Part shown: piece by piece, positions 22,001 through 31,500 of the stretch | Layout of the letters: every line of letters starts with the position of its first letter | Numbering within the stretch: the first letter of the stretch is position 1 | Source of the DNA: an uncultured Verrucomicrobiae bacterium | GTDB lineage: Bacteria; Verrucomicrobiota; Verrucomicrobiia; Chthoniobacterales; Xiphinematobacteraceae | DNA: 64,000 bases | Assembly (NCBI GenBank): GCA_963706715.1 | Contig: CAVPNI010000001.1 | Span: forward strand, 160,001-224,000 | Reading direction: 5' to 3' | Translations under genes and position numbers: made by a program | Notes under the pieces: model-generated | Database searches by the model: none | What the model saw: the letters and a program-made list of their open reading frames with translations, nothing else | What the model was told of the DNA's origin: nothing

Positions 22001-25000
22001 GATTTCGGGAACTGGAACGGTGATCCAAGCGGGCAGCGGAGCAACGATCCTTACTGGAGATAATGCCTATACAGGTTCTACAACAATTAGTTCAGGGACA
22101 CTACAACTGGGCAATGGAGGAACCAACGGTTCAATCGTAACGAACCTTATAGAGGACGATGGGGCCATGGTATTTAACCGCTCCGATACAATCATACTTA
22201 CCGGCACTATTCAAGGGACAGGATCTCTGACTCAAGTAGGCAGTGGCACCACAATTTTGACCGGTAACAATATTTATACTGGGAGTACCACTATAAGTGC
22301 CGGCACCTTGCAGTTGGGCAATGGAGGTGCCACTGGTGCCATTGCGGGCAACGTGACAGACAATGGAGCTTTGGCCTTTAACCGGACGGATGCCGCAACA
22401 TTCTCCGGAACCGTCTCAGGGACTGGGAACCTCACCCAAGCAGGGATTGGACTTACGATCCTAACAGCCAATAATACCTACAGTGGAATTACCACCATTA
22501 GCTCCGGAACACTACAAATTGGCAGTGGGGGAACCGCTGGCGCCATTATCGGTCCAATGGTGGACAATGCGGATCTAGTCTTTGACCGTTCAGATGACGT
22601 CACCTCGCCCGGAGACATTACCGGAACAGGGAATGTCACCCAAGCGGGAAGTGGCAATCTCATATTTACCGGCAGCAACATGTATACGGGCATTACCACC
22701 ATCAGCTCGGGTACTTTGTCATTAGGCAATGGGGGAACCGCTGGTTCCATCACAGGCGACGTGGCAAACAACGGAGTCTTTGTTTTCAATCGCTCGGATG
22801 CAAATAACGTCGTACCAAATGTGATTTCGGGAACCGGATCAGTGAACCAAATAGGAAACGGCCAAACGACACTCACCGGAGACAATACCTACACAGGTGC
22901 GACAACAATCAGTTCAGGGACATTGCAACTGGGTAATGGAGGAACCACCGGTTCTATCGTAACAACCAGCATACTGGATAATGGAGCACTGGTCTTTAAC
23001 CGTTCGGATGCGGTTACCTTCTCCGGAACGGTATCCGGCACGGGTTCGCTTGCTCAAACGGGCAGCGGAGCAACAATCCTTATCGGAAACAACACCTATA
23101 CCGGAAATACAACGATCAGCTCAGGAACACTGCAACTTGGTGAAAGTGGAATCACCGGTTCCATCGTGGGTAACGTGACAAACAACGGAGCGATTGTTTT
23201 CCAGCGCACAGATGCTGTTACTTTTTCCGGTACGGTTTCCGGAACTGGCTCACTGATTCAAACAGGAGCGGGAGGAGTGATACTTATCGCTAACAATACT
23301 TATACAGGTACGACTACAATCAGTTCTGGCACTCTGCAACTAGGTTCGGGAGGAACCACCGGTTCTATCGTGGGTGATGTGATCGATGATGGAATGTTGG
23401 TTTTCAAACGTTCGGATGCCGTTACCTATTCCGGTACGGTTTCTGGTGCTGGTTCATTGATTCAGACAGGAACGGGTGCCATCATCCTCACAGCGAACAA
23501 CACTTATACCGGAGGCACTACTGTAATCAGTTCTGGTACTCTACAGCTAGGTTCGGGAGGAACCACCGGTTCTATCGTGGGTGATGTGATCGATGATGGA
23601 ATGTTGGTTTTCAAACGTTCGGATGCCGTTACCTTTTCCGGTGCCATTTCCGGACTTGGTGCAGTTACGCAAGCAGGAACGGGCGCAACAACCCTGACTG
23701 CTGATCATAGCTATAGCGGAACGACTATAATTAGCTCGGGTACTCTGCAACTTGGAGCAGGCGGAACCACTGGTTCCATCATGACTGATGTGACAGACAA
23801 CGGTGCCTTAATTTTTAATCGTTCGAATAATGTCACATTTTCCGGCACAGTTTCCGGAACCGGAGCGGTAACCCAAGCTGGAAGCGGAGCATCAATTCTA
23901 ACGGCTAACAATACCTACACTGGAGGCACTACAATCAGTACGGGTACTGTGCAAATTGGTATCGGGGGAGTCACTGGCTCCATCGTGAATAATGTGATAA
24001 ACAATGGTGCCCTTATTTTCCATCGGACAGATGCCATCACCTTTTCCGGTACGGTTTCTGGCACCGGTGCACTCACTCAGGCAGGCGCGGGGGCGCTGAT
24101 ACTTACCGCCAACAACACCTATACAGGTGCGACTACAATCAGTTCCGGAACTTTGCAGTTAGGAGCCGGTGGAACCACCGGTTCTATCGTGGGTGATGTG
24201 ATCGATGATGGAATGTTGGTTTTCAAACGTTCGGATGCCGTTACCTATTCCGGTACGGTTTCTGGTGCTGGTTCATTGATTCAGACAGGAACGGGTGCCA
24301 TCATCCTCACAGCGAACAACACTTATACCGGAGGCACTACTGTAATCAGTTCTGGTACTCTACAGCTAGGTTCGGGAGGAACCACCGGTTCTATCGTGGG
24401 TGATGTGATCGATGATGGAATGTTGGTTTTCAAACGTTCGGATGCCGTTACCTTTTCCGGTGCCATTTCCGGACTTGGTGCAGTTACGCAAGCAGGAACG
24501 GGCGCAACAACCCTGACTGCTGATCATAGCTATAGCGGAACGACTATAATTAGCTCGGGCACTCTGCAACTTGGAGCAGGAGGAACCAGTGGTTCCATCA
24601 TGACTGATGTCACAAATAACGGAGCCTTGGTTTTCAATCGTTCGAATAATGCCACATTTTCCGGCACAGTTTCCGGAACCGGATCAGTGAGTCAGATAGG
24701 AACAGGTGCAACAATTTTGACGGCTAACAATACCTATACTGGAGGCACTATAATCAGTACGGGTACTTTACAAATTGGTATCGGGGGAGTCATTGGCTCC
24801 ATCGTAAATAATGTAATAAACAATGGTGCCCTTATTTTCCATCGGACAGATGCCATCACCTTTTCCGGTACGGTTTCTGGCACTGGTGCACTCACTCAGG
24901 CAGGAGCAGGGGCTCTAATACTTACAGCTAACAACACTTATACTGGAGGCACTATAATTAGTTCCGGAACTTTACAGTTAGGAGCCGGTGGAACCACCGG

Positions 25001-26990
25001 CTTCATTGCGGGCAATGTGTTAGACAATGGTGCTTTTGTTTTCAATCGTTCAGATACGATTACTTTCCCCGGTAACATTTCTGGAATCGGTTCAGTCATT
25101 CAGGCAGGAACAGGAACAACGATACTTACCGGAACTAATACTTATACTGGAGGTACCGTAATTCTCTCTGGCACCTTGATTGGCACGATTCCCTCGCTCC
25201 GGGGGATGATTGTCAATAATTCCATGTTAGTATTGGCCCAATCTGGTAGCGGCACCTTTAACGGAATGATCTCCGGATCAGGTGATGTGACTATCAACAA
25301 TCCGGACGGATTCATAAATTTTGCTACCGATCAAACTTATACCGGTACTACCATAATTGAAGCGGGTCATCTTTTAGTAAATGCTCAACTTTCCAGCTCC
25401 AATGTATTAATTAATCCTACCGGAGCATTAAGTGGAATGGGAACCATTGTTGGCAATGTCATCAACTCCGGTATATTAAGTCCCGGAAGTTCTCCCGGGA
25501 CTATGACAATCAATGGCAACTACACACAAAATTCCAACAGCACACTCCTCATCGAAATTGCGAGCGATCGCTCCTTCGATCAAGTTGCTGTGGGGGGGAG
25601 TGCTCAACTTGAGGGCACCTTGCAGGTACAACTCCTTGATGGTTTTGTCCCTGATGCCGGTTCGAAATTTACGATTCTTACAACCGAGAAAGGTGTCAAC
25701 GGGACCTTCAGCCAATTAAATTTACCGAAATTTCCCGGAACATTACAATTACAGGTGCTCTACGACACCTTCACCGTAGATCTATTCCTCGCCGGAACTT
25801 TCTTTGGGACGACCCCGACGCAACAGTCCGTTGCCGACGCCCTCAACAAAGCGCTCCTCACTGGTACCCTCAGGGAGACTGTCTCGCTCTTAGGATTTAT
25901 TCCTCTCGATGAACTGGATGCTTCACTGGAACAGTTAGCTCCTAGAATGGCAGCCACGATTAAAGACATCACCTTTAATGCAACCAATACTCAATACGGA
26001 CAGATCACTGATCGACTCTCGGCTCTACGAGCAGGAGCAAGTGGAGTTTCGCTCCAGGGTCTTAACTACGAACCAATGGGGGAGCAACTCGGTAAACATG
26101 AAGCTACCTTGCGCGATAAGGCCGGAAAGACGTTAGCCTGCCGACCTCTCCCCTCTCCCTGGAGCATCTTTGCTTCAGCCTCGGGAGTCTTTTCCAAGAT
26201 CGCAAACGTTGCGGATTTGAGACAATTAAATTCGATGACCGGCTACTTTAACGCGGGAGCCGACTGCCAAATTACCGAGTACGTGAATGCCGGAATTTAT
26301 GGAGGTTACCTGGGTACCCGAGCCTGGTACGCGGATCGTTCTCAACTTCTGGGAAATGGAGTAAAATATGGCTTGTATGGCACCGCGCAATGGAATGGCT
26401 TTTATCTCAATGCCATCATCGGAGGTGGCCATGCGGGGTATAGTCTGCGCCGGTCGATTAATATTAAGTCTCTTCATTCGACAGCACGAAGTCATCCCTA
26501 TAGTGGAGAACTAGACTCCCTGCTCGGAGGTGGATATGAGTTTAACCTGGGTCCCTGGAGATTCGGGCTGAACAGTTCTGTCCGATATACTTATTTGGGA
26601 ATTTCGTCCTTTAGCGAGTCTGGTGCGGGCGAACGCAGCTTGAGGGTAGGCAGCCAAAATCCGAGTTCGTTGGTATCCACATTGGGAGCGAGTATTTCTT
26701 ATATCTGGAATATTGCCCCTGGCTATCGGATCATTCCTACGGTAGGACTCTCCTGGCAGCATGAGTATTTAAACTACGGACAGAACATTAATAGTACATT
26801 TGCCAATGGATCTGGCCCTGGATTTAATATTACCAGTTCGACTGGAGATCGCAATTATGCCTTCGGGACCGCCGGGATTACCGCTCAACTAGGACGTCGC
26901 CTCAATTGTTATCTCTCCTACAATCCGCAATTTGGAGGTGGCCAAGTCGTCTCCCATGGTGTTCTTGTTGGATTAACCTATAATTTCTAG
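16038..26990 (+). CDS. Giant type Va autotransporter/adhesin (3650 aa)
   Basis: Signal peptide, dozens of 68-69 aa repeats ([24 protein letters not shown]), SPGSSPG autochaperone region, C-terminal beta-barrel ending LTYNF. Confidence 0.93.
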   Translation: MKSPPHSLQCLVAIVVLITMLTENVQAQATNWTTSGTGDWNVSGNWSTGVPTASSAATIASGGTAILSSATGVYNTLTVGNVTNGNLIVSGGALTGTTLTIGSLGTGAVTVSGGTYSTTTVTINSTIVFTGAATLSGGVLSTTSVTAAPLVGATTLTFNGGTLQASASNATFITGFPNGSITLGASGGSIDTNGFSIATANQISGSGLLTTTGTGILTLTANNTYTGNTTINSGTLQLGNNTTTGSILNNVTDNGVLVFDHSNAVTFTGTISGTGGVTQSGTSLLTFTANNTYSGTTTISTGTLQLGNAGTTGSIGTGNVADSSALVFNRTDAGGGVSGVISGTGTVIQAGTGLTSLTGNNIYTGTTTISTGTLQLGNGGASGSIVSNVTDSSVLVFNRSDAGGVYSGIISGTGAVIQSGSGLTTLTGNNTYTGSTTISSGTLQIGNGGTIGSIVTTAIADNGALVYDRSDAITFSGTISGVGSLTQAGTGLLTLTGTNTYTGNTTISSGTVQLGNGGTTGSIVGNVADSGTLIFNRSDAITFTGTISGTGAVTQSGTNSLIFTGNNTYTGATTIGTSGTLQLGNGGTTGSIASNLGAVNGSLVFNRSDAGLVIPTSFILGSGTVIQAGTGLTTLTGTNAYTGLTTISSGTLQLGNGGTTGAITLSNIADSSALVFNRSDSSTFSGTISGTGGVIQAGTGVTILTGANTYSGTTTISSGTLQLGSGGALGTISNSDVTDNGVLVFDHSNSIVYAGNISGTGSLTQGGTGRVILNGTNTYTGGTTISSGTLQIGNGGTGGSLVGNVTNNGVLAFNHSNANTFSGAVSGTGSLLQSGVGATTFTGSNSYTGGTTISTGNLLLGAGGTTGSIVGNVVDNGILTFDRSNAVTFSGTVSGTGAVNQTGSGQTTLTGNNTYTGNTLIFSGTLQLGNGGTTGSIVGSVGDGTALVFNRSDAVTFSDSIFGAGAVTQAGSGITILTGSNTYAAGTTISSGTLQLGNGGTTGSILNNVVDNGALVFNRSDAVTFSGTVSGAGSVTQAGTGQTILTGNNTYTGVTTISTGTLQLGSGGTTGSIGTGNAVDNSVLVFNRSDAVTFSGTISGTGAMIQSGTNLLTFTGNNTYTGTTTISNTGTLQLGNGATTGSIVSDVTNNGTLIFNRSDAVTFSGTVSGTGSLTQAGTGQTTLTANSTYTGSTTISSGTLQLGNGGTTGSIVTTSVVDNGTLIFNRSDTVTFSSTVSGTGSLTQAGSGVAILTGNNTYTGATTISSGTMQLGNGGTAGSIVTNVTDNGTLVFNRSDAVTFTGTISGAGPVTQAGSNLLTFTSNNAYTGVTTISTGTLQLGNGGTTGSIGTSNVVDSSVLVFNRSDAVTFTGTISGTGTVTQTGNGATILTGNNTYTGNTTISSGTLQLGNGGTTGSIVTTSIVDNGALVFNRSDAVTFSGTVSGTGSLTQAGIGQTTLTGNNTYTGATTISSGTLQLGNGGTTGSVVASSIVDNGALVFNRSDAVTFFGTVSGTGSLAQTGSGQTTLTGNNTYTGVTTISSGTLQLGNGGTTGSIVGNVTDNGTLAFNRSDAVTFSGTISGSGPATQAGTNLLTFTGNNTYTGVTTISSGTLQLGSGGTTGAIAGNAVDNSALIFNRSDAVTYTGTISGTGGVIQSGTNLLTFTGNNTYTGTTTISTGTLQLGNGGTSGAIAGDVADNGVLIFNRSNTVTFSGVASGAGNVTQAGTGATIFTGNNTYTGSTTISSGTLQLGNGGTIGSIATTLIEDDGALVFNRSDAITFTGTIQGAGSLTQAGSGTTILTGNNIYTGSTSISSGNLQLGNGGTTGAIVGNVTDNGALTFNRTDAVTFSGTVAGTGNVIQAGPGVTILTANNTYSGTTTISSGTLQIGSGGTAGAIIGPIVDNADLVFNHSDVVTSPGDITGTGNVTQAGIGNLIFTGSNMYTGTTTISSGTLSLGSGGTTGSIVSQVVDNSVLVFNRSDANNIVPNVISGTGTVIQAGSGATILTGDNAYTGSTTISSGTLQLGNGGTNGSIVTNLIEDDGAMVFNRSDTIILTGTIQGTGSLTQVGSGTTILTGNNIYTGSTTISAGTLQLGNGGATGAIAGNVTDNGALAFNRTDAATFSGTVSGTGNLTQAGIGLTILTANNTYSGITTISSGTLQIGSGGTAGAIIGPMVDNADLVFDRSDDVTSPGDITGTGNVTQAGSGNLIFTGSNMYTGITTISSGTLSLGNGGTAGSITGDVANNGVFVFNRSDANNVVPNVISGTGSVNQIGNGQTTLTGDNTYTGATTISSGTLQLGNGGTTGSIVTTSILDNGALVFNRSDAVTFSGTVSGTGSLAQTGSGATILIGNNTYTGNTTISSGTLQLGESGITGSIVGNVTNNGAIVFQRTDAVTFSGTVSGTGSLIQTGAGGVILIANNTYTGTTTISSGTLQLGSGGTTGSIVGDVIDDGMLVFKRSDAVTYSGTVSGAGSLIQTGTGAIILTANNTYTGGTTVISSGTLQLGSGGTTGSIVGDVIDDGMLVFKRSDAVTFSGAISGLGAVTQAGTGATTLTADHSYSGTTIISSGTLQLGAGGTTGSIMTDVTDNGALIFNRSNNVTFSGTVSGTGAVTQAGSGASILTANNTYTGGTTISTGTVQIGIGGVTGSIVNNVINNGALIFHRTDAITFSGTVSGTGALTQAGAGALILTANNTYTGATTISSGTLQLGAGGTTGSIVGDVIDDGMLVFKRSDAVTYSGTVSGAGSLIQTGTGAIILTANNTYTGGTTVISSGTLQLGSGGTTGSIVGDVIDDGMLVFKRSDAVTFSGAISGLGAVTQAGTGATTLTADHSYSGTTIISSGTLQLGAGGTSGSIMTDVTNNGALVFNRSNNATFSGTVSGTGSVSQIGTGATILTANNTYTGGTIISTGTLQIGIGGVIGSIVNNVINNGALIFHRTDAITFSGTVSGTGALTQAGAGALILTANNTYTGGTIISSGTLQLGAGGTTGFIAGNVLDNGAFVFNRSDTITFPGNISGIGSVIQAGTGTTILTGTNTYTGGTVILSGTLIGTIPSLRGMIVNNSMLVLAQSGSGTFNGMISGSGDVTINNPDGFINFATDQTYTGTTIIEAGHLLVNAQLSSSNVLINPTGALSGMGTIVGNVINSGILSPGSSPGTMTINGNYTQNSNSTLLIEIASDRSFDQVAVGGSAQLEGTLQVQLLDGFVPDAGSKFTILTTEKGVNGTFSQLNLPKFPGTLQLQVLYDTFTVDLFLAGTFFGTTPTQQSVADALNKALLTGTLRETVSLLGFIPLDELDASLEQLAPRMAATIKDITFNATNTQYGQITDRLSALRAGASGVSLQGLNYEPMGEQLGKHEATLRDKAGKTLACRPLPSPWSIFASASGVFSKIANVADLRQLNSMTGYFNAGADCQITEYVNAGIYGGYLGTRAWYADRSQLLGNGVKYGLYGTAQWNGFYLNAIIGGGHAGYSLRRSINIKSLHSTARSHPYSGELDSLLGGGYEFNLGPWRFGLNSSVRYTYLGISSFSESGAGERSLRVGSQNPSSLVSTLGASISYIWNIAPGYRIIPTVGLSWQHEYLNYGQNINSTFANGSGPGFNITSSTGDRNYAFGTAGITAQLGRRLNCYLSYNPQFGGGQVVSHGVLVGLTYNF

Positions 26991-27043
26991 GAATTAAATA
27001 AATCAACTGATGCTCCTATCCCTCTACAAAAATAGGTAAAAAG

Positions 27044-28427
27044 GGTTCTTCCGGAAAAATAGTGGATAACCCAGCCAAATTTCCACAATACAATTACCCC
27101 TCCTTGACTGACAGGCACGCACTATTTTTTTGTTGAGGAGCTTTTTTTTTAAAAAGGAGAAGCTAGAAAAAAGAGATGAAAGACAATGAGCTCTATCAGC
27201 AGATCCTGGGACTGAGAAAACCATGGGAAGTGAAGAGGGTAAAATTAGATATGGGAAAAAAGGAAGTGCAAGTGGAAATAGGATATCAAGAAGGGACGAA
27301 CTGGGAAGTGGAGGGGGAACAGATAGGGAAGATCTATGATCATGCGCCAGTCAGGAAATGGCGGCATTTAGACAGCTGCCAATTTAGCACAGTATTGGAA
27401 GCGCGAGTACCGCGAGTAAAACTTCATGACGGCAGAGTACAGACCGTACCAGTACCTTGGGCACAAAAGAACAGCCGGTTTACTGAGCTCTTTGAATGTC
27501 TGGCGATCAAAGTACTTCAAGCCAGCGCCAGCGTGGAAGCAGCTTGCCAGCTATTAAGGATTGATTGGGATGCCGCACAGCGGATCATGGAACGGGCAGT
27601 AGAACGAGGCCTGGAGCGCCGAGAACTGGAGACATTGCCAGTAGTGGGGATGGATGAGAAAAGCTTTTTGCGGGGCCAGAGCTATGCCTCACTCCTCTAT
27701 GATCTGAATGGGGAAAATCCACGTGTACTTGAAGTGGTCATGCAGCGAGATAGCCAAGCTGCTGAACTACTCTGGGAAACACTTCCTGAAGAAGCCCGTC
27801 AGAGTATCCAGGCTGTATGTTTGGATATGAGCGGCATCTACCGCGAAGTGGCTACTGAGATGGTACCACAGGCTAAAATCGTTCATGATAAATTCCATGT
27901 TTCCAAACACCTCAATGAGGCTGTGGATAAAGTGCGGCGACGGGAAAATAAAACTCTGAAAGCCAAGGGCGATCAACGACTCAAAGGAGCACGCCAGCTT
28001 TTTCTTTTTTCCCCAGAGAACCTTCCTCAAAAACATATTGAAGACTTTGAGCGGCTAAAAAACTCCGATCTGAAGGCAGCTCGTGCCTGGGCCATTAAGG
28101 AAAGTTTTCGCGCTTTTTGGAAATGCTGCTCTGTTTCTGAAGCTCAGGAGGTTTTCAAAAAATGGTATGCTTGGGCCACGAGATGCCAACTCCAAGAAAT
28201 AAAAAAAGTAGCTAAAATGCTCAAAAACCATCTCGATGGACTGCTCAACTTCATGTCCTTCTCTATTACAAACGCCGTGGCTGAGGGCTTTAACTCTAAA
28301 ATCCAATCGATCAAATCCGCTGCCAGAGGTTTTAAAAATTTCCTTAATTATCGGACTCGCATCCTTTTCTTTTGCGGTAAACTCAATCTTTTTCCGGCCA
28401 TTTATCCATTATAATCCCGGAAGAACC
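27044..28427 (+). mobile_element. ISL3-family insertion sequence, apparently intact
   Basis: IRs GGTTCTTCCGG.../...CCGGAAGAACC; 8-bp target duplication GTAAAAAG at 27036-27043 and 28428-28435. Confidence 0.95.
27176..28414 (+). CDS. ISL3 transposase
   Basis: WRHLD, VPVPWA, GMDEKSF, LDMS, DKFHV, TNAVAEGFNSKIQ..ARGF. Confidence 0.95.
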   Translation: MKDNELYQQILGLRKPWEVKRVKLDMGKKEVQVEIGYQEGTNWEVEGEQIGKIYDHAPVRKWRHLDSCQFSTVLEARVPRVKLHDGRVQTVPVPWAQKNSRFTELFECLAIKVLQASASVEAACQLLRIDWDAAQRIMERAVERGLERRELETLPVVGMDEKSFLRGQSYASLLYDLNGENPRVLEVVMQRDSQAAELLWETLPEEARQSIQAVCLDMSGIYREVATEMVPQAKIVHDKFHVSKHLNEAVDKVRRRENKTLKAKGDQRLKGARQLFLFSPENLPQKHIEDFERLKNSDLKAARAWAIKESFRAFWKCCSVSEAQEVFKKWYAWATRCQLQEIKKVAKMLKNHLDGLLNFMSFSITNAVAEGFNSKIQSIKSAARGFKNFLNYRTRILFFCGKLNLFPAIYPL

Positions 28428-28581
28428 GTAAAAAGACCCTGCAATTTTTGGCGTTTTGTTTAGTCAAATATTGTATATCTCGATAAAAACTAAAATGAAT
28501 CTGACCTTCTTGAGTAAGAAGGGGGACTAATCACGCCACCTTTTAAAATTGCGAGGAAGTGCACATTACCCCCAAGCACTG

Positions 28582-31500
28582 ATGATTCGTTACCCCCCAT
28601 ACTTATTATTCTTAGCTATCCTGATTTCAACTTTAGTTTTTTCTGGGAACGTTCATGCCCAAGCAACAAACTGGACGACATCCGGAACTGGTGACTGGAA
28701 TAATGCGGCAAATTGGAACAATGGAGTTCCCACGGCTTCCGGTACCGCAACAATTGCTTCCGGGGGCACAGCAATTCTCAGTTCCGCAACAGGAATGTAC
28801 AACATTCTCACTGTCGGTAACGTCACAACTGGCGCTCTCACAGTATCTGGCGGAGTTTTGACCGGCACTACCTTAACCACTGGTTCGCTGGGTACGGGAG
28901 CAGTGACAGTCTCCGGAGGCACTTACAATACCACTACTGTAACCATCAATTCGACCGCTGCCTTTACAGGTGCTATGACATTAAGCGGAGGAGTCCTTTC
29001 CACAACCTCCGTGACCGCTGCTCCTGTGGTGGGAGCCACAACACTTACATTTAATGGGGGCACCTTGCAGGCAAGTGCAAGTAATGCTACATTTATTTCC
29101 GGATTTCCGAATGGTTCAATCACCTTGGGAGCATCAGGAGGTACGATCGATACCAATGGTTTTTCCATTACAACCGCAAACCAGATCAGCGGCAGCGGTT
29201 TCTTGACTACAACAGGCACGGGTATTTTAACCCTTACTGGAAGCAATACCTACACAGGCAATACTACTATTGGCACTTCGGGCACTCTGCAACTCGGCAA
29301 TGGGGGTACCACCGGCTCCATTGCAAGCAATCTAGGAGCAGTTAACGGATCTCTGGTTTTTAACCGTTCGGATGCCGGCCTTGTGATACCGACTTCTTTT
29401 ATTTTTGGATCGGGAACGGTGATCCAAGCGGGCACGGGTCTTACGACACTCACTGGCACCAATGCCTACACTGGTCTCACCACCATTAGTTCGGGCACTT
29501 TGCAATTAGGCAATGGAGGAACCACTGGTGCCATCACACTCAGTAATATAGCAGACAGCTCCGCGTTAGTCTTTAACCGTTCGAATAGCAGCACCTTTTC
29601 TGGCACTATTTCGGGGACTGGAAGGGTGATTCAAGCAGGAACAGGTGTCACGATTTTAACGGGCGCAAATACCTACAGTGGCACTACTACCATCAGCTCA
29701 GGAACTTTGCAATTAGGCAGTGGTGGTGCATTGGGTACCATCTCGAACAGTGATGTGACAGACAATGGAGTCCTTGTTTTTGACCACTCGAATAGCATTG
29801 TCTATGCAGGTAAAATCTCTGGAACTGGTTCACTCACTCAGGGGGGAACAGGCCGAGTGATACTCAACGACACCAACACCTACACCGGGGGTACCACGAT
29901 TAGTTCGGGAACCTTACAGATTGGCAATGGAGGGACAGGAGGCTCCCTCGTGGGCAATGTGACAAATAATGGAGTTCTTGCTTTTAACCATTCAAATGCT
30001 AACACCTTTTCCGGTGCTGTTTCAGGAACCGGGTCAGTGCTCCAATCAGGAGTCGGCGCAACGACATTTACCGGAAGTAACTCCTATACCGGGGGCACTA
30101 CGATTAGCGCAGGAAGTCTGCAGTTGGGTGCCGGTGGTACAACAGGTTCTATCGTAGGCAATGTAGTAAACAACACAATCCTTTTTTTCGATCGTTCCGA
30201 TGCGATCACTTTTACCGGTACTATTTCCGGAACTGGGCAGGTTAACCAAACAGGAAGTGGCCTGACAACATTCACTGGCAACAATACCTATACTGGAAAC
30301 ACCGTAATCTTCTCGGGAACTGTACAGCTAGGAAATGGAGGCACCACCGGCTCCATCGTGGGGAGTGTGGGAGACGGAACAGCCTTGGTATTCAACCGAT
30401 CGGATGCGGTTACCTTTTCCGGCAGCATTTTTGGAGCTGGGGCAGTTACCCAAGCAGGAAGCGGAATAACGATACTCACCGGCAGTAATACTTATGCCGC
30501 AGGCACCACGATCAGTAGTGGCACGCTACAATTAGGAAATGGAGGCACCACCGGCTCCATCCTAAATAATGTAGTAGACAATGGGGCCTTGGTCTTTAAC
30601 CGCTCAGATGCAGTCACATTCTCCGGCACTGTGTCGGGAGCTGGTTCAGTGACTCAAGCAGGAACCGGTCAAACAATACTTACAGGCAACAATACCTACA
30701 CCGGAGTCACTACGATTAGTACAGGAACATTGCAACTAGGCAGTGGAGGCACCACTGGCTCCATTGGAACAGGCAATGTGGTTGATAACTCCGTTCTTGT
30801 CTTCAACCGCTCAGATGCCGTTACCTTTAGCAGTACTATTTCCGGAACTGGAGCGGTGATCCAAGCCGGAACCGGAGTAACGATTCTAACGGGCAACAAC
30901 ACCTACACTGGGAACACCACCATTAGCTCCGGCACTCTACAACTGGGCAATGGAGGCGCTACCGGCGTCATTGTAGGCAATGTGACAGACAATGGAGCTT
31001 TAGTTTTCAATCGTTCGAATGCGATTACCTTTTCCGGAACTGTATCTGGCACCGGATCGCTTACGCAGGCCGGAACTGGCCAAACGACGCTCACGGGAAA
31101 CAACACCTATACTGGCGCTACTACCATTAGCTCAGGAACTCTACAACTGGGCAACGGAGGCACCACCGGTTCCGTTGTGACAACCAGCATCGTAGATAAT
31201 GGAGCTTTGGTCTTTAACCGCTCGGATGCTGTTACCTTTTCCGGGACTGTTTCAGGCACCGGTTCACTAACTCAAGCAGGAAGTGGAGTGGCAATACTGA
31301 CCGGCAATAATACCTACACTGGGGCTACCACAATTAGTTCCGGAACACTACAATTAGGTAATGGGGGAACTACCGGATCTGTTGTAACAACCAGCATCGT
31401 AGATAATGGAGCCTTAGTCTTTAACCGCTCAGATGCAGTGACATTCTCCGGGACTGTTTCGGGTGCTGGCTCGCTCACACAGGCAGGAACAGGGCTTCTG

